Positions 24,861 through 37,631 are shown, counted from the stretch's first letter. The stretch: 64,000 nt of DNA from Craspedostauros australis (GCA_030167865.1 JALAGF010004655.1:1-64000), one strand, 5' to 3'. Numbers and translations are program-made. The notes: a model not told the origin generated them from the letters alone.

Positions 24861-25994
24861 ATGTCCACTACAGCAACTACCGAAAAGAAGGTCTCCGTCA
24901 TCCTCGTGGGATGCGGTTGTCCATTGAGGAGCATGGGCTGGTACCATGCCGTCCAGATCTTGGATGGACGTGTCCCGGGCGCCCAACTGACAAACGTGGT
25001 GGAACCATGGTACATGTCCGAAGCGGCGGCCGGAACGCCAGGACATGATGCCTTCCAGTCATTCCGGAAGGAGCAGGAGACGAAGAGTGGCGTCGGCTTC
25101 TACCTCAACGTCAAGGACGTGCCGGCCAGAAAGGACGACAACGAGATTCGCCTGGCCATCATCTCGGCCCGCACATCCGACAATCCATCGCTGTTCCGCG
25201 CCTGCGTCGAGCACCTGAACTGCCGCGCCATCTTCTTGGAAAAGCCGGGCGCACCGACCGTCACGGAGCTGGAAGCCATGCGCGATGTCGCCGCGGCCGC
25301 TAAGGTCCAGGTCTTCATGGGGTTCAACAAGAACGTCAGCTCGTACTTGGTGCAATCGAGGCAGTTCGTCGACGAGGCCAAGGACACCAAATGCGACATC
25401 ACCTTCCTGCACAACAACAATTACCAGAACACGCCGCAGGAGCTGGCGGAGTGCTTCGAACGCAACGCCGAGGGCATGCTCAAGAACATGGCGATCCACG
25501 AGCTCGCCTTGCTCGTCACATTTTACGGCGTGACGGTGGATTCCATCGACACGGTCGTGGCCGACAAGGAGTACTCGAGCTGCCAGACCCTCAAGGGACC
25601 ATCGTCGGGCAAGGACTTCACTGACTTTGACAAGCTGAAGTTCAAGATCACCACGAAGGGCGGTGGTGCCGAGGTCAACGTCGCGGCCGATCGTTGCGGC
25701 GGCGATGACTCCGTCGGCATCGTGACCGACGCAGCCTCCGGCAAGGAACTCGCGCGGTACAGCATGCCCGATGCGGAGACCGTCGCCAACATCCCAACGC
25801 TGAAGGCGAAGACGGGCGATGCCATGCCGTACTTCTTCGCGCAAGATCCGGATTACTTGAAATTGAAGCAGCTCGTGACGCAGCATCTCATCGATGGGTC
25901 GCCCGCGGAAGGCGTCGCCACGATCGAGATCGCGATTGAGACCTTGAAGATCGCAGAGCACTTGACACCCATCTTGCAGGATCAATTGAAATAG
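24861..25994 (+). CDS. Gfo/Idh/MocA-family NAD(P)-dependent oxidoreductase
   Basis: VILVGCG Rossmann start, IFLEKPG, MGFNK, and NMAIHE motif; strong codon bias. Confidence 0.85.
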   Translation: MSTTATTEKKVSVILVGCGCPLRSMGWYHAVQILDGRVPGAQLTNVVEPWYMSEAAAGTPGHDAFQSFRKEQETKSGVGFYLNVKDVPARKDDNEIRLAIISARTSDNPSLFRACVEHLNCRAIFLEKPGAPTVTELEAMRDVAAAAKVQVFMGFNKNVSSYLVQSRQFVDEAKDTKCDITFLHNNNYQNTPQELAECFERNAEGMLKNMAIHELALLVTFYGVTVDSIDTVVADKEYSSCQTLKGPSSGKDFTDFDKLKFKITTKGGGAEVNVAADRCGGDDSVGIVTDAASGKELARYSMPDAETVANIPTLKAKTGDAMPYFFAQDPDYLKLKQLVTQHLIDGSPAEGVATIEIAIETLKIAEHLTPILQDQLK

Positions 25995-27708
25995 AGCACG
26001 TGTCGAGAAAAGGTTGTTGTGGATAGGTCGTCGTCTTCCTCTCCAGGATTTCTGCGACTATGATAACATGTATTCTATGATACTCAGATGGTACTTCCAG
26101 CCAGGCACCATGCGCGCTCTGCCTCTCTACACCTGCGGAGAGTTTAGTTTGTGGTCGCATAGCAACCACGAGATGTCCAAAGCACTCAATTCTATGATAG
26201 CAGGCTGCTCAACGAGTCCTCCACTCGCTCATACAAGCACCAATAACTTGTACTTGCAGGTCGTACGTAGCTGTGCTCTCGTGGTTGTTGTTCGTTCGGG
26301 ATCATTATTTGGTGGAGCAGAGTAGAGCAGGAGGAGTATTAGTAGAGCGGACGCTGATTGATGGAGGCAAAGGATGTCCGGATACCGACCTGACTTGTAC
26401 CCGCACACAGTGAGGGATTCTGACGGAGAAGAGATCCGCGGGACAGTGCGCTGCCAACGAAGAGTCTGCAGAGGCCCTTCGATCTGTGTGGCACGCGTCC
26501 TGAGATGAGAAGACAGCTGCCAAGGCTGAACAAACGGCACGTGCGGGTGGATGTCATCGATCACTCTGGACACGACGTACCTACAGGTTGGTTACTCCAA
26601 ATGTCACTTGATGAAGACGGTCTTTTTCATTCCCCACCGTCACGATCACAAGATCGCATCGACGCATAGATATTTGCGGATATATCGGGCACTATTCGGT
26701 CTTGCTTCGCCATGCCGCACCGCATTGAGCACACAAGACCTATAATTGTGGAGTATGCTGCTGAAGACAGAGGACTGGAGGCATGCATTGTGTTGGATCC
26801 ATGCGCACTCGCAACGGCATGTATGAACATTCTGGAAGCGGGCATGGCAATGGCGATGGATACAGCGGTCTCTCCAGCTTCGGACAATGTTGATGGAGAG
26901 GGGTTGTGCTATGATTACAGGGAATATAGAGTAATGGTAGCCACAGCGCCTGATGTCAGAGCACGCCGTGCTTGGGTCCGGCCGTTCCACTCTTGACTAA
27001 AGAGAAGCCAAGAGGAAATGGGTGATGAGTGCGAAGACGAGGCATGGGTTCTGATCGCGGAAGCAGCTTGCATCCTGAGCGATGTGCTGATGCGGAGATC
27101 GCGATTGATATGCGTTGTTGCGAAGATCCGATTTGGCATTCGGCGTTGGCATGAGACTGTAACAGAAGGCAGCAGCATGCATACGTAGTTCGTGTACGAG
27201 TAAGTGTGCTGCCTTGTGGCGCTGCATATCGGCGTTGCGACAATGCAACCCGACTGCTTGTGATTCTTCGAGGTCCCTTGACTCTTGATGCCTTGAAATG
27301 CCCTTGCTTTTCCTTGTCTTGCGCTGAATTTCGTATGCTTGCACAGAACGCATCACACGCCCTGTGCACAAGCATGGGTTGTGCGTTCCAGCCATGAAGA
27401 ACGCAGCGCGCAAGGCCACCAAGTCAGCAGCTCCGGCTGTTCTGTCTTGGCTTCGATTCGGAGGAAAAGGATCGCAGCTGAACAGCATCCATTCGCATGC
27501 TGTTTGCCGGATGGTCACCCCCCGTGTCGATCGATGGATCCCTCGATTGTTCGTCCCGTTTGCTTGTGTCGCTCTGGCTCTGGCCGCGATGTGCCTATCA
27601 TATTATACAATACGATAGCTGCCCCTGAAAATGGTGATTGATGTAACAAAAGGTTGCTTCGCAAGATGAGCATGTGGATGCCGTGCGCTCGTGTGCGTGG
27701 TTGTTGGC

Positions 27709-28482
27709 CTAATCGCTGATGAGCTCGAGTTCTCGACACAGCAGAACGAGAGTGAGCTCCTTCTCTTCGATGCCCTTGGCGTCGTTGCGTGACTTGGGAC
27801 TTATGTAGTCGTCGTGCGGCACGAAGCTGCTTCCGTCGCTGTCGGCATCGCCGTCCTCTTCGCTATCATCCTCGTAGTGGCACATGCCGGACGAGTTGTG
27901 ATGATTCAGTCGTTGGTTGTGTTGGTGGTTGTAATCAGCAGCACCATCGTTGTCGTTGTCGTTGTCGTCGTCGTCTCCATCGGCTTCGCCATCCCTGGGA
28001 CTCCTCCACACCATGCTCTTGCGGATGATGTTGGACATCCTCTTGATGGGGCTCTGCATGGAAGGCGACGTGAGCGGGTTGTGGAGGTGGGGCACCTGGT
28101 TCCTCTTGCCTTCGTCGCCGCTGCTCGCCGCGGTGGTGGGCGTGCCCATGACGGCGCTGAGTATCGATCGGTTGATGGTGGACTTGCGTCGCCGGCTGTC
28201 CGGTGAGAGCATCTTGGACAGAGAGAGACGCTCACGAGACCGCTGGGGACTGGTGAGGGCGGGCGGGTCGATTGGCATGGAGTGGTTGCCGTAGCTGTAC
28301 GTGTTCCTTCGTGAGTGCGGGCTGTCCTGGCCGTGCCTGCGGCTGCCATCCATGGCGGAGCCTGGCGAGGCACCAGGGCCTCCATCGATGGTGATGGTTC
28401 GAGGGATGGCCTCGCTGGCCCTGCGGATGGAGATCATCGACTTGCGCCGGTTCTCCATGTAATCATCATCGTCGCGGATCAT
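27709..28482 (-). CDS. Hypothetical S/R/D-rich, probably disordered protein
   Basis: 257-aa ORF with coding-like GC3 bias, many SP motifs and an acidic tract; no domain recognised. Confidence 0.55.
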   Translation of the reverse strand: MIRDDDDYMENRRKSMISIRRASEAIPRTITIDGGPGASPGSAMDGSRRHGQDSPHSRRNTYSYGNHSMPIDPPALTSPQRSRERLSLSKMLSPDSRRRKSTINRSILSAVMGTPTTAASSGDEGKRNQVPHLHNPLTSPSMQSPIKRMSNIIRKSMVWRSPRDGEADGDDDDNDNDNDGAADYNHQHNQRLNHHNSSGMCHYEDDSEEDGDADSDGSSFVPHDDYISPKSRNDAKGIEEKELTLVLLCRELELISD

Positions 28483-30055
28483 CTTCAGATGGCTCTTCTT
28501 TTGTTTGCTGACTTGTTTGCTGACTTGTTTGTTAACTTGTTTGTTTGCTTGCTTGTGGTATGAGCAGTTGCGATGCTGGTGATGCTGGTGACGCTGGTGA
28601 TGCTGGTGACGGCCTTTTTGTGTGGTTGTGTTTCCTCACGATGATGCTGGCACAACCACGATCTGAGAGTACGAGAGTACGAGTCACCTCCACGTGCAGG
28701 CGCGAGCAAAGAACTGAGAGGGATTGTTCTGGTTGGTGTCTCGCGATTGTTCCGGAGCGCTCGGATGGCAAGGCGTTCTGATTGCTGCTCGCCTTGACGC
28801 CCACAGAGCAGCTCCCCACGTTTTCCGCCTTTGTCAACTCGAAACCTGTCACGCGAATCTTCTCACGGCAGTCAGTACTGTTGACTTCAATCCTGATTTG
28901 GGGCTCTCCTCTCTCTCTCTCTCTCTTGATCGGGTTCGTTGTTGTTCTGATGGCTGTGGTGTTGTGGCTCGGACGCGTGGTGTGGTGTGGATGTTATGAT
29001 CGCTGAGGTCGTGCCAATGCCAATGTCATCCACTCTGCGATGAGCAAGCAGACGCAATCTGTGTTGCCACTGTTGTCAGAAGACCCGCAACAAGAAGGCT
29101 CAACGATGTCAGGTCTCAGTCATAAAGCTCCAAGAGCTCGCTTTCAGTTGCGGTGACAGAGACAGAAACCAATGCCAACAGCGATGCCGCAAGGTTGTGT
29201 CACGCTCCTTGGTTCTGTTCGGTGTTTCTTGGTGTGCTTCGCGTCGGTTTGCGCTTTGTGTCGTTGGCAGCGTCTCCCGTTTGGTTGCGTGGCCATACCG
29301 TTGCATATTTTGTACGCGCACTACAACCAGCTTCACGAGGTCGTGGCCGAAGTGGAGATGATTCTTCACACGCGCGAAGGCCCTTTTTCTTCACACGCGT
29401 GCGTCGGAGTTTCAAGCCCCTCATCCCTGTGATCCTTTCTGCTTCGCAACTTGATTTAATACAAAGGACTCGACTTCGTAACAGCATGTGTCGTCGATAT
29501 GTCTCAATCCGAACAAATATGTCACGCTATCATAAGCAGCGTGTCTCATTGGCATCACATAGGGAATGAAAACGAAGTTCTGCTCCGTGAACGTGTCATA
29601 CTTTTTGGCGAGACCAACATGTTGATTGAATCGTGTTCCAGAATCACTCTTCGAACATGTTCATTGATTGACCCAATCGACCAAAAAGCAACACTAAGAT
29701 TATTTGACTACTCAGACTACTCTGTTTCATTCAAGTCACAAACCGCGAACTCGCACGAACACAATAGAACTCGTCACTATGGATACGAGTGAGAGTGATG
29801 TCACGTTGGGCGTTTTTTCTTTCCTTGTTCTGCCTCAGTTGGTGGTTGGCGGGAGATGCCGAGAGGGGTGGTTGATCTTCCGCGCATTCCGATTCGGCCA
29901 ACCCGGTGTGCTCAAGGTATTGGCACTCTGCACCTGCTTCGGAGCACTGTGCGTAGCTGAACGCTCACGCTGATACTCATTCGGATCCGCACCAATAACA
30001 TCATCAAGAACAGCAGGAGCATCGCATCGTCTCATACGAACTATACATTCGTACG

Positions 30056-31378
30056 ATGGAAACCAGAGTGATGGTTCACAATCTGCTGAGGCGGCGTGGC
30101 TGGAGGTTGGCACGGTGCTTGCCGAGAAGTGATCCGATTCGAGTTCCTGCTGCTGCTCAGCGGAACTTGGCCTCTGCCGATCATGTTCATCATGCCAATG
30201 CTGCCGTTGGGGCAGACATGGACATGGATGCAACGCGGGACTGGGGGATCCCCGACACTCGTGCATGCCCATCAAGGTTCACAACGAATACGAATGCAAG
30301 CGCAGACTGTTGCACTCATGCGGGGCTTCCATTATTTCATAGACCGAATGGCCAGCAGAGATGGCGACAGCAGCGAAGGGTCATGCGCTCGGTTGGTGGA
30401 TCAGTTGCGCGATTTCACAACTCGCGACTCTCCTCTGCTTCGTCGCCAGCAGCAGCAATGCCGGTGCAAGTCACACACTCATCAGCGACAGATGACAGCA
30501 ACATTGGCGACATCGACATCGATGTAGACCCCACCCAGCTCGTGGAATCGCTGTTCCAACGCACCAGGATGCTCATGGATGGTGCGCAACAGCACATCAT
30601 CGCGTACTCAGGTGGTGTGGACTCAGCTCTCGTCGCAACGCTGGTGCATCGTGTGGCGACGCCAGAGGAAACCGTCCAGGCAGTCCTGGGACTTTCACCC
30701 GCCGTGCCTGCAGAACAGGTGTCGTTGGCGGAGCACGTGGCCAGCACCATAGGATTCGACCTGGACCAAATACCCACCACGGAGGGCGGCGACGATGTCT
30801 ACATCGAGAACAGCGGACAGGCTTGCCTGGCCTGCAAGACGCATCTCTACACCTGCTTGGATGCCATCATCGCCAAGCACGGCAACGGCAACGATGACCG
30901 GCGGCTGTACAACGGCACCAACGCCGACGACGTGCAAGATCCCACGCGGTTGGGATTGATCGCTGCCAACAACTTCAACGTCCGATCTCCCTTGGTGCAG
31001 ATTCCCAAGCACCACGTGAGGATCGCCGCCAAGCATCTGGGATTGCCGAATTGGAACTACGCGGCATCGCCCTGCCTGCGTTCGCGCTTGGCGCTGGGCG
31101 TGGAGGCCGTTCCGGAGCATCTGCAGCGCATCGAACAAGCGGAGCGGTACGTCCGCGCTGCTTTGCATCTCGATGCCACGCGCAACATGCGAGTGCGGTT
31201 GCTGACCAACAACCGTGCCATGGTGGAGGTGGAGTCGGCGGTGCTGTCGCGTGCTCAGGAAGCTGCCACCAACCACGTCAGTTGGGAGCATTACTTTGTG
31301 AACGAGCTGGGCTTTGCGTCCGTCAATGTTCGCGCCTTCAAGAGCGGATCCGTGGCGACGAAGTCCGGCGACGATTGA
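30056..31378 (+). CDS. larE: LarE-like ATP-dependent (PP-loop) sulfur insertase with N-terminal organelle-type extension; start uncertain
   Basis: AYSGGVDS PP-loop, CLACK, NGTNADD..D..RLGL.A, SPL, K..VR..AK.LGLPNW...ASPCLRSR, RIEQAE, MRVR, GF. Confidence 0.85.
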   Translation: METRVMVHNLLRRRGWRLARCLPRSDPIRVPAAAQRNLASADHVHHANAAVGADMDMDATRDWGIPDTRACPSRFTTNTNASADCCTHAGLPLFHRPNGQQRWRQQRRVMRSVGGSVARFHNSRLSSASSPAAAMPVQVTHSSATDDSNIGDIDIDVDPTQLVESLFQRTRMLMDGAQQHIIAYSGGVDSALVATLVHRVATPEETVQAVLGLSPAVPAEQVSLAEHVASTIGFDLDQIPTTEGGDDVYIENSGQACLACKTHLYTCLDAIIAKHGNGNDDRRLYNGTNADDVQDPTRLGLIAANNFNVRSPLVQIPKHHVRIAAKHLGLPNWNYAASPCLRSRLALGVEAVPEHLQRIEQAERYVRAALHLDATRNMRVRLLTNNRAMVEVESAVLSRAQEAATNHVSWEHYFVNELGFASVNVRAFKSGSVATKSGDD

Positions 31379-33213
31379 GATAGAAAATGACACGAGAACA
31401 ATGACAGATGGCGATGCACTGCAGTGTGGCTCCCCATAACTCAATCTGCGTGTGGTGGAGCGGAATGTGGTCAAGCTGCGGCTGTCTTCTCAAGTACGTG
31501 GATGTGGATGTGGCCATGAGCAGAGGCAACATTGATGGCGAATAGCAGTTGATCCGTTCGACAACGCATGCATCCTATCATAGCTCGTACGCATGCATGC
31601 ACACAGGCAGAGTACTCGTACTTCGGTCCGAATGCTCCAGAGGATGGTGGAGTCGTCGTACGTGCTGCGGTCAAATTGTTGGCCACTGCTGACATCGAGC
31701 TGAGCATCTGCAAAACACACGAGGCACCATCGATCTCTGCGAGGGTTGGCATCCACAGTCCTTGGCCATATTGAAGACAAGACAACGATGGCAGCCCCGA
31801 TCCAAATCGTAGCGAGCAACATGGAACTACTCGCAAAGAGGTGCTCCTCTCTCTCTCGCTCTGCACCTTTCTATCCATCTGTCTCGCGTGCACGCTACTA
31901 ACGGTGAGGCGTGCACCCTTCTTGACTTCCTTGCTTTGCTTCTTTCTTATTCTTCTTCGGTTAGACATCGTTGTATCTATACAACGATGTCATTCATGTG
32001 CCATTGCACATGCCATGCTATGCCATTGTGGATGGAAGAGTAAAACGAGAGTAGAGTGGAGTATAGCAGAGGAGACACACGCACTCTCTCACTCTCTCTA
32101 GACAAAGTTCGCATAACCTGATTGTTTCATGATCTGCGTTGTTGGTGTTGACAAGTGTGGAGGATTTCTCGTTGGCTTTGGCGAAGCCTTTTCGAAGCAC
32201 GGTGATGTCGATCGACGTCATCCTTCGATTATCACACAGACATCAACTGGACAGAGCGAACGTCAGAACCGACTTAATGCAGCGAACCGCACGTACTTCG
32301 AAAAAGTGATGACCTCACACGTCACGGTTCTTCTTCTGTTGTCACGGTCTTGATGGCCCCAGACACCAATCCAGCAGGCGAGGACAGAGCACGGGAAAAA
32401 GCCGATTCTGTCTGCGCGGAGACAGATGGTGTTGGGCGAGATTGTTGCATTCCAGAGGAAGCATCGCGTATCATCGTACTATGAGTACCAAGAGAGTGCC
32501 TCACAACTCGCCAATACAAGCAAAGAAGCGCAGGAGCAGAGGTGCCAGAAATGCGGCACGAGACAAGACTTTCTTCTTCCTCTCTTCTGGTCTTCGTTGT
32601 GATCTTCGTCCTTGTGGAGGAACAGACGAATGGTGGTTCGCGGTTTGGTACGCACAAGCAAGGTATGTCAGAGAGGAGAGTACGGCGGCAATGCGCACAG
32701 GTCAACGTTTGATTTTGCGCAAGAGCAAGAGTCCATTGTGATCGTCAACGGAGGCTCCACTCATAGTCATCTTGCAGTCATCCCATTGCGACCTCTTTGT
32801 TCGTTCTGTTCATCGCGTCGATTGAAAGAAGAGAGGTGGCACCATCATCCAAGGAAGGTATTCCACGAACACACGTTCATTCGTCACCGTACTTGCTCAC
32901 ACAATTTGATTTGCATCGAGTAGACAACGGGTAGACAAGAGCGTTGAGGTCGCAGGAGCGGGAACATAAATCAAAGGCGGGAAGAAGGACTCGTGGGGCT
33001 CTTCCTTGAACGCCCCCAGCGAATCCGGTGGCATCGAGTGTCAATCTCCGTGCCCACATCAGGTGATCCTTGAGGGAACGGTGACGCTGACGCTAACTTT
33101 GACGGTGTGGAATACAACCAAGCAGCAGCAGCTCGTGCGTCTCGGAGCTGAAGATGAGGTGCAGAACGGAAACGCAAAAAGAGAAGTGGAGCAGGATGGT
33201 TTGGTCGCAACAG

Positions 33214-34873
33214 ATGAACACGGCCTTCCACAATAGCACAATGGAGCAAAACGTGAGCTTCCATCCTCACCGCAATCGCTGTGCGGAATCCATTCAAGAC
33301 AAGCTCAATCCGAGCATTCTGCTCAACATCGATGTCGATGCCAATTCAACAGTCTCAGTCGATGAAACGAAAGCTCTTCACGGCAGCTGTCATGCTTCAG
33401 CCTCGGTATGTGGATCGATCTCCTCGTGTGATCATCAGGAGCAACCGAGCAGTAGTCAATCTTGGGGAAATTCATCAACATCAGCTTTGTCCCCAGCAAA
33501 GCAGCAACATGAGGAAAAGTCCGCAGCAGCAGTTTCGGCGGAGCGAAGAGGCGACGATGGTTGGCTGACCCAGCTAATGCTTCTCATGTCCCATGATCGT
33601 GCGACATCTGTTGCATCAAGCCATGCCATACATCCAATGGCTTTGCTTTCCACCACTGCGCGCTGTGGCATGGAAACGTCCGAAACCATGTTCTCCAACC
33701 TTCGTCTTCCGGATCATCTAGAGTCCAAACGTGCGCTACAAACAGCTGCCTGGTCGCCTCGAGCAGCCAAACGACAGAAGATGGAATCCACGCTGCAACA
33801 AGACGATGATCAGGATGCGGCAAGCTCTCCATCAATCATGTCAAGTCGAAGTGACGATGAAACAACGCCTGCCGACTGTCCGCATTGGATGACACATCAC
33901 GCCAATGGTCAACCAACGTAAGTGCGATCAGATCCAAGCCGAGACCACGCAGAATCAAGCAAAGATCGCTGTAGGGTTGCACAGCTTCCTGCCTCCTGCC
34001 TCCTGCTTGCTTTCGTATTGTCTGTGGCTATACCAGTATCAGGATTAGTCTCAGCAACGAAGATATTGGCATAAATGGTATGCTAACTCCAGCGATGACA
34101 GACAGGGCAATACGGAAGCTGAAAGCCTGTGACAGAGGCAGCAGCTTTCATCGAAGAGGCTCTTTCGCTGTCAACATCACAGTGTTGCTGTTTGGCTCGA
34201 GTGTTGTGCCCTGTTCACGCCACAAGTAGGTGGACTTTCTCTCACTTGCATTCTTGCGCGCTCTCATCCATCCACCCATCCATCAATTCACTGACCGTAT
34301 CCTGGTCGCTCCAGTCTTATCACTTTGTCCTCGTTCCCTTTTCGGATATGCTTCGCTAACTGCGCGGCAACCAAGCTGCTTGGTACATCCATTGTCGGCA
34401 AGTCCTTCTTTGACTTGTTCGCCGACGATACTGGTAACATCGATGACAGCTGCCGCAATAGTGACGTGCTCAACAGCAACATGCTGGTCTACCCAACGCT
34501 GGCGGGCAAATTCGCCGGTGATGACATCGTCAAGGTCAAATGTGAAGACAGTCTCCTCCAGCGCCGCCTCTTGGATCATGGCTTGCTGCCGTCCTCGAGA
34601 TATCTAATGTCCGCGATGCCGCCGTTTCTGCAAGGGCAGCCCACAATGTTTTGCAAGATCCAAGTTTCATCGATCACATCCCCTCCTAAAATGCGCGCAG
34701 CTGATCCAAGTACCACACAAGAGCGAGCGCCCAATTCAAGCGGAAGCTGCAAGAATGCATGGAAAGAAAGGTTCAAGCGCAGCGAAGGCATTCGGAACTT
34801 CTCCGTCACCCTGGAACCTCTGAACATCCCCCAGAGCAATGAACTCTCGATAGTGTACCGGCGAGTTCCGTGA
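33214..34873 (+). CDS. Putative protein with degenerate PAS-like C-terminal domain; 2 exons, intron 33918-34314
   Basis: GTAAGT donor at 33918, CTGAC branch site and CAG acceptor at 34314 join in frame to QPTLITLSSFPFRICFANCAATKLLG..IVGKSFFDLF, which resembles a PAS N-terminus. Confidence 0.5.
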
Positions 34874-35109
34874 AACACTATCGAGTGACACAGTCGCATG
34901 CTGTGCACGTACTTCTTAGTCCCATACTCCTCCAGTATTGGCCCCGCATCCCATCCACTTTGGGGCCTTGCCACTAACCCACTAGCGATGTTTGTCTCCC
35001 TTTCAATATAGTTCCAAGTTAATATGCTTTGCTATGCCATGTCATGCCGTACCATGCAACAGCATGACCCATATGTACACTGCCACCACAAACGCTCCGT
35101 CGACTCTTA

Positions 35110-36675
35110 TCATGCCGCAGTTGCGGATGCCAACGATCGGTCAATCGCTTCCAGAATGGAATCGGTAGGCGCGTACGGTTCCAAGCAATTGTCGCCGCAC
35201 GCAAGTGACTTGCGTTCCATCGCTGTCTCCGCATTGTACGGGCTGCCCGCACCCTCCAACAACAACTCGGTGTCTTGCTGTCCAAACTGATCGACGAAGC
35301 CTCGAATCCAGTACCTGGCCTCGTCACCCACGGGAGGTCCTGGGAACTTGTCCGCTTTCGTGCCCTCATCATGCCACTTCTTCGTTCGGCTTGCAGTTCT
35401 CCCCCGGCGATCGTTGGGGCGTTGGAAGGCCTCGAAGGAGCCGATGTAATGGTTGATGCGAAAGATGTCATTGTCACGACCCCACGCATCCGGGCACTGG
35501 CTGACCACGAGCTGATGGGTGGAGATAGTCTCTCCCTGGAATGTGAGCCTCGAGACGTCGGCGATGGTCTTTCCAAGGTACGTGTCCTGCTCGACATGAC
35601 GAAAGCGCAGCGTTTGAAATCGGTAAGGATCCACGAAGTCGGGCACTCCATGACGCGTGTGCTCGTCCGGGCTTTCGATGGCGCCGTACTGCGTCCGCTG
35701 GATCGTGACGCACGCACCTTCGAATTGGCTCCGTCCCTTCGTCGCGTTGTGCGTTTGGATGTGCCGCAACGTGTTGAAGATGCTGCCTGGTTCCCGCATC
35801 CTGTTCGGAACATCCTGAATGAATTTGCTGTTGAAGACAATGTGTTCATCCGTGTCAATGAAGATGGTCCACGTGCGATCGATTCCTTGCAGGTACATCG
35901 AACAGCTGCGGTAGAATTCCTCCTGATTCCTTATATGGATATCGTAATCCCACTTCCTGCGTTTCTTCCAGTTCTTGATGCCGGGAAGCTTCTCTTCCTT
36001 GGCCCAGATCGTCTTGAGCAGGCCTGGGTCAACGTAGAAGTCGGACTGGTTGTGCCAGGCCTTGATATCGACGAGACCCCTCCAGCGTCTGACGATTGGC
36101 TCCAGATCTTGCGTGCTCTTGGGGTCACGGAATATGACGAGCGTTCGCAGCGAGAACGTGTAGTAGTGATAGGCGATCCATTCAACGAGCCGCTGAGAAT
36201 CGTCCATCCAGATCAGACAGGCGGAGGTCGCCTCGTTGCTGTTGAGTTCCAAGGCAGGCGGAGGCCGGATGGGTGAGCTGGAATCGACGAATACCGAAGC
36301 TGGAATGACTGCCATGGGATTTTTGCAGAGGACGAGATCGAATCCTTTCCTTGCACCGTCGCTGCAGTTGGTGTTGGTGATGCTGCTATTGAGAGTGGCG
36401 CCGTTGTGTTGCATCTGTCCGCCTGTGGTTTGGTTGTGTCGACCATGTTCGATTGCAGACCCAATGCCCGGCCGTACTGTGACTCCCGAAGCATACTCGT
36501 AGATGTCATAATCGATCAGTTGAGATAGCTTCTGGACTGGAGATCGAGCGATCGTCAGCAAGCTGATCAGCAGCACAATCCCAAAGATCAGCAGAACTCT
36601 GGCCGATGCCTTCGACTTAGCCTTCGCCTTTCCTGGTTTCGTCGGGCTTGTCGAGCTCCCATCAGAACCACCCAT
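35110..36675 (-). CDS. GT92/DUF23-like type II membrane glycosyltransferase
   Basis: N-terminal TM anchor; ACLIWMDD..LVEWIAYH, WTIFIDTDE (DxD), INHY motifs. Confidence 0.8.
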   Translation of the reverse strand: MGGSDGSSTSPTKPGKAKAKSKASARVLLIFGIVLLISLLTIARSPVQKLSQLIDYDIYEYASGVTVRPGIGSAIEHGRHNQTTGGQMQHNGATLNSSITNTNCSDGARKGFDLVLCKNPMAVIPASVFVDSSSPIRPPPALELNSNEATSACLIWMDDSQRLVEWIAYHYYTFSLRTLVIFRDPKSTQDLEPIVRRWRGLVDIKAWHNQSDFYVDPGLLKTIWAKEEKLPGIKNWKKRRKWDYDIHIRNQEEFYRSCSMYLQGIDRTWTIFIDTDEHIVFNSKFIQDVPNRMREPGSIFNTLRHIQTHNATKGRSQFEGACVTIQRTQYGAIESPDEHTRHGVPDFVDPYRFQTLRFRHVEQDTYLGKTIADVSRLTFQGETISTHQLVVSQCPDAWGRDNDIFRINHYIGSFEAFQRPNDRRGRTASRTKKWHDEGTKADKFPGPPVGDEARYWIRGFVDQFGQQDTELLLEGAGSPYNAETAMERKSLACGDNCLEPYAPTDSILEAIDRSLASATAA

Positions 36676-37631
36676 GCCTCATTGGCGTTGCGTCATCCGC
36701 TGGCACCGCGTCCCTTGGCATCGACCGCGCTTTACTCGAAGGAAATGGATGCAATGAATGCTGTTCCTGCTTGCAGCCACAAGGTGTGGACTTTGCAATT
36801 GCGTGCCGCAGGAGGTCAGCGTGAAGAGTTGCAAATGCGCAATGCAGAATGTATGGCGTGAGTGTCATTGTGGACACAAATGGTAGTGTCTCTCTGATCA
36901 TCGTGTGGCGCTGCGCCAAAGACAGCAACAGATCTCGTTCTGGCGTCACAATCGCTTCCAAACGTGTCCAAACGCGCACAGACGCGCACAGACGCAGGCG
37001 AACAAGTTCGGCGAATCGCCCCGAAGTCGAAGCAGTCGACTTCACATGTCTTCGACCACATCGAATAAAATTGTGGCCCACGAAATCCAAGCAGGATTGT
37101 GTCACGAAACAGTCCTGTGCAATTTCCGTCCCCCCAGTTCCCATGTCGTGTGTGACATCAACACTCAGCTGTTTTGGGTATCGATCGAGGCTTTTCACAT
37201 TCGCGATTGTCAAAAACAATCCGCGACACGAACAACGATCGTTTTTACTCCGTCAGATCACATTCGCGCGCTGGAGTTTTGCGCGCCAAAGGTGTCAGAT
37301 GATCGCACCGCGTCGCTGTGGAGTTGCCGTTGGGTGTATAGCGTGTTCGAAGGTGCGCGGAGGGCAATTCCACCTGCGCCAATGCTGGAGTATGCTTCGC
37401 TGTTGTGATGAATCGTTGTTTGTAGAAGATGCATGCACCCTTTCGTGGGGACTGGTGTGGCCCGCACTCTGCTCCGCATGAACTAGCAACAACAAAGAGC
37501 GAAGACGAGCAACACACACAACAAAGCAAAGCATCCATCATAATCGGAAACCAGTCGATCAATCCGCACACATTCCCACCCAAACCAACACAACAGGAAC
37601 GATGCAACGCAGCACAAAGCAAAGCAAAACG

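Noticed and set aside
25059-25985. Long antisense ORFs over real genes (also 3689-4813, 35275-36276, 46959-48131, 57896-58897, 50983-52008)
   Set aside because: Shadow ORFs expected from GC3-biased coding on the other strand; no motifs of their own.
31490-31822. Short minus-strand ORF with signal-peptide-like start
   Set aside because: No convincing continuation, splice partner or domain; insufficient support.
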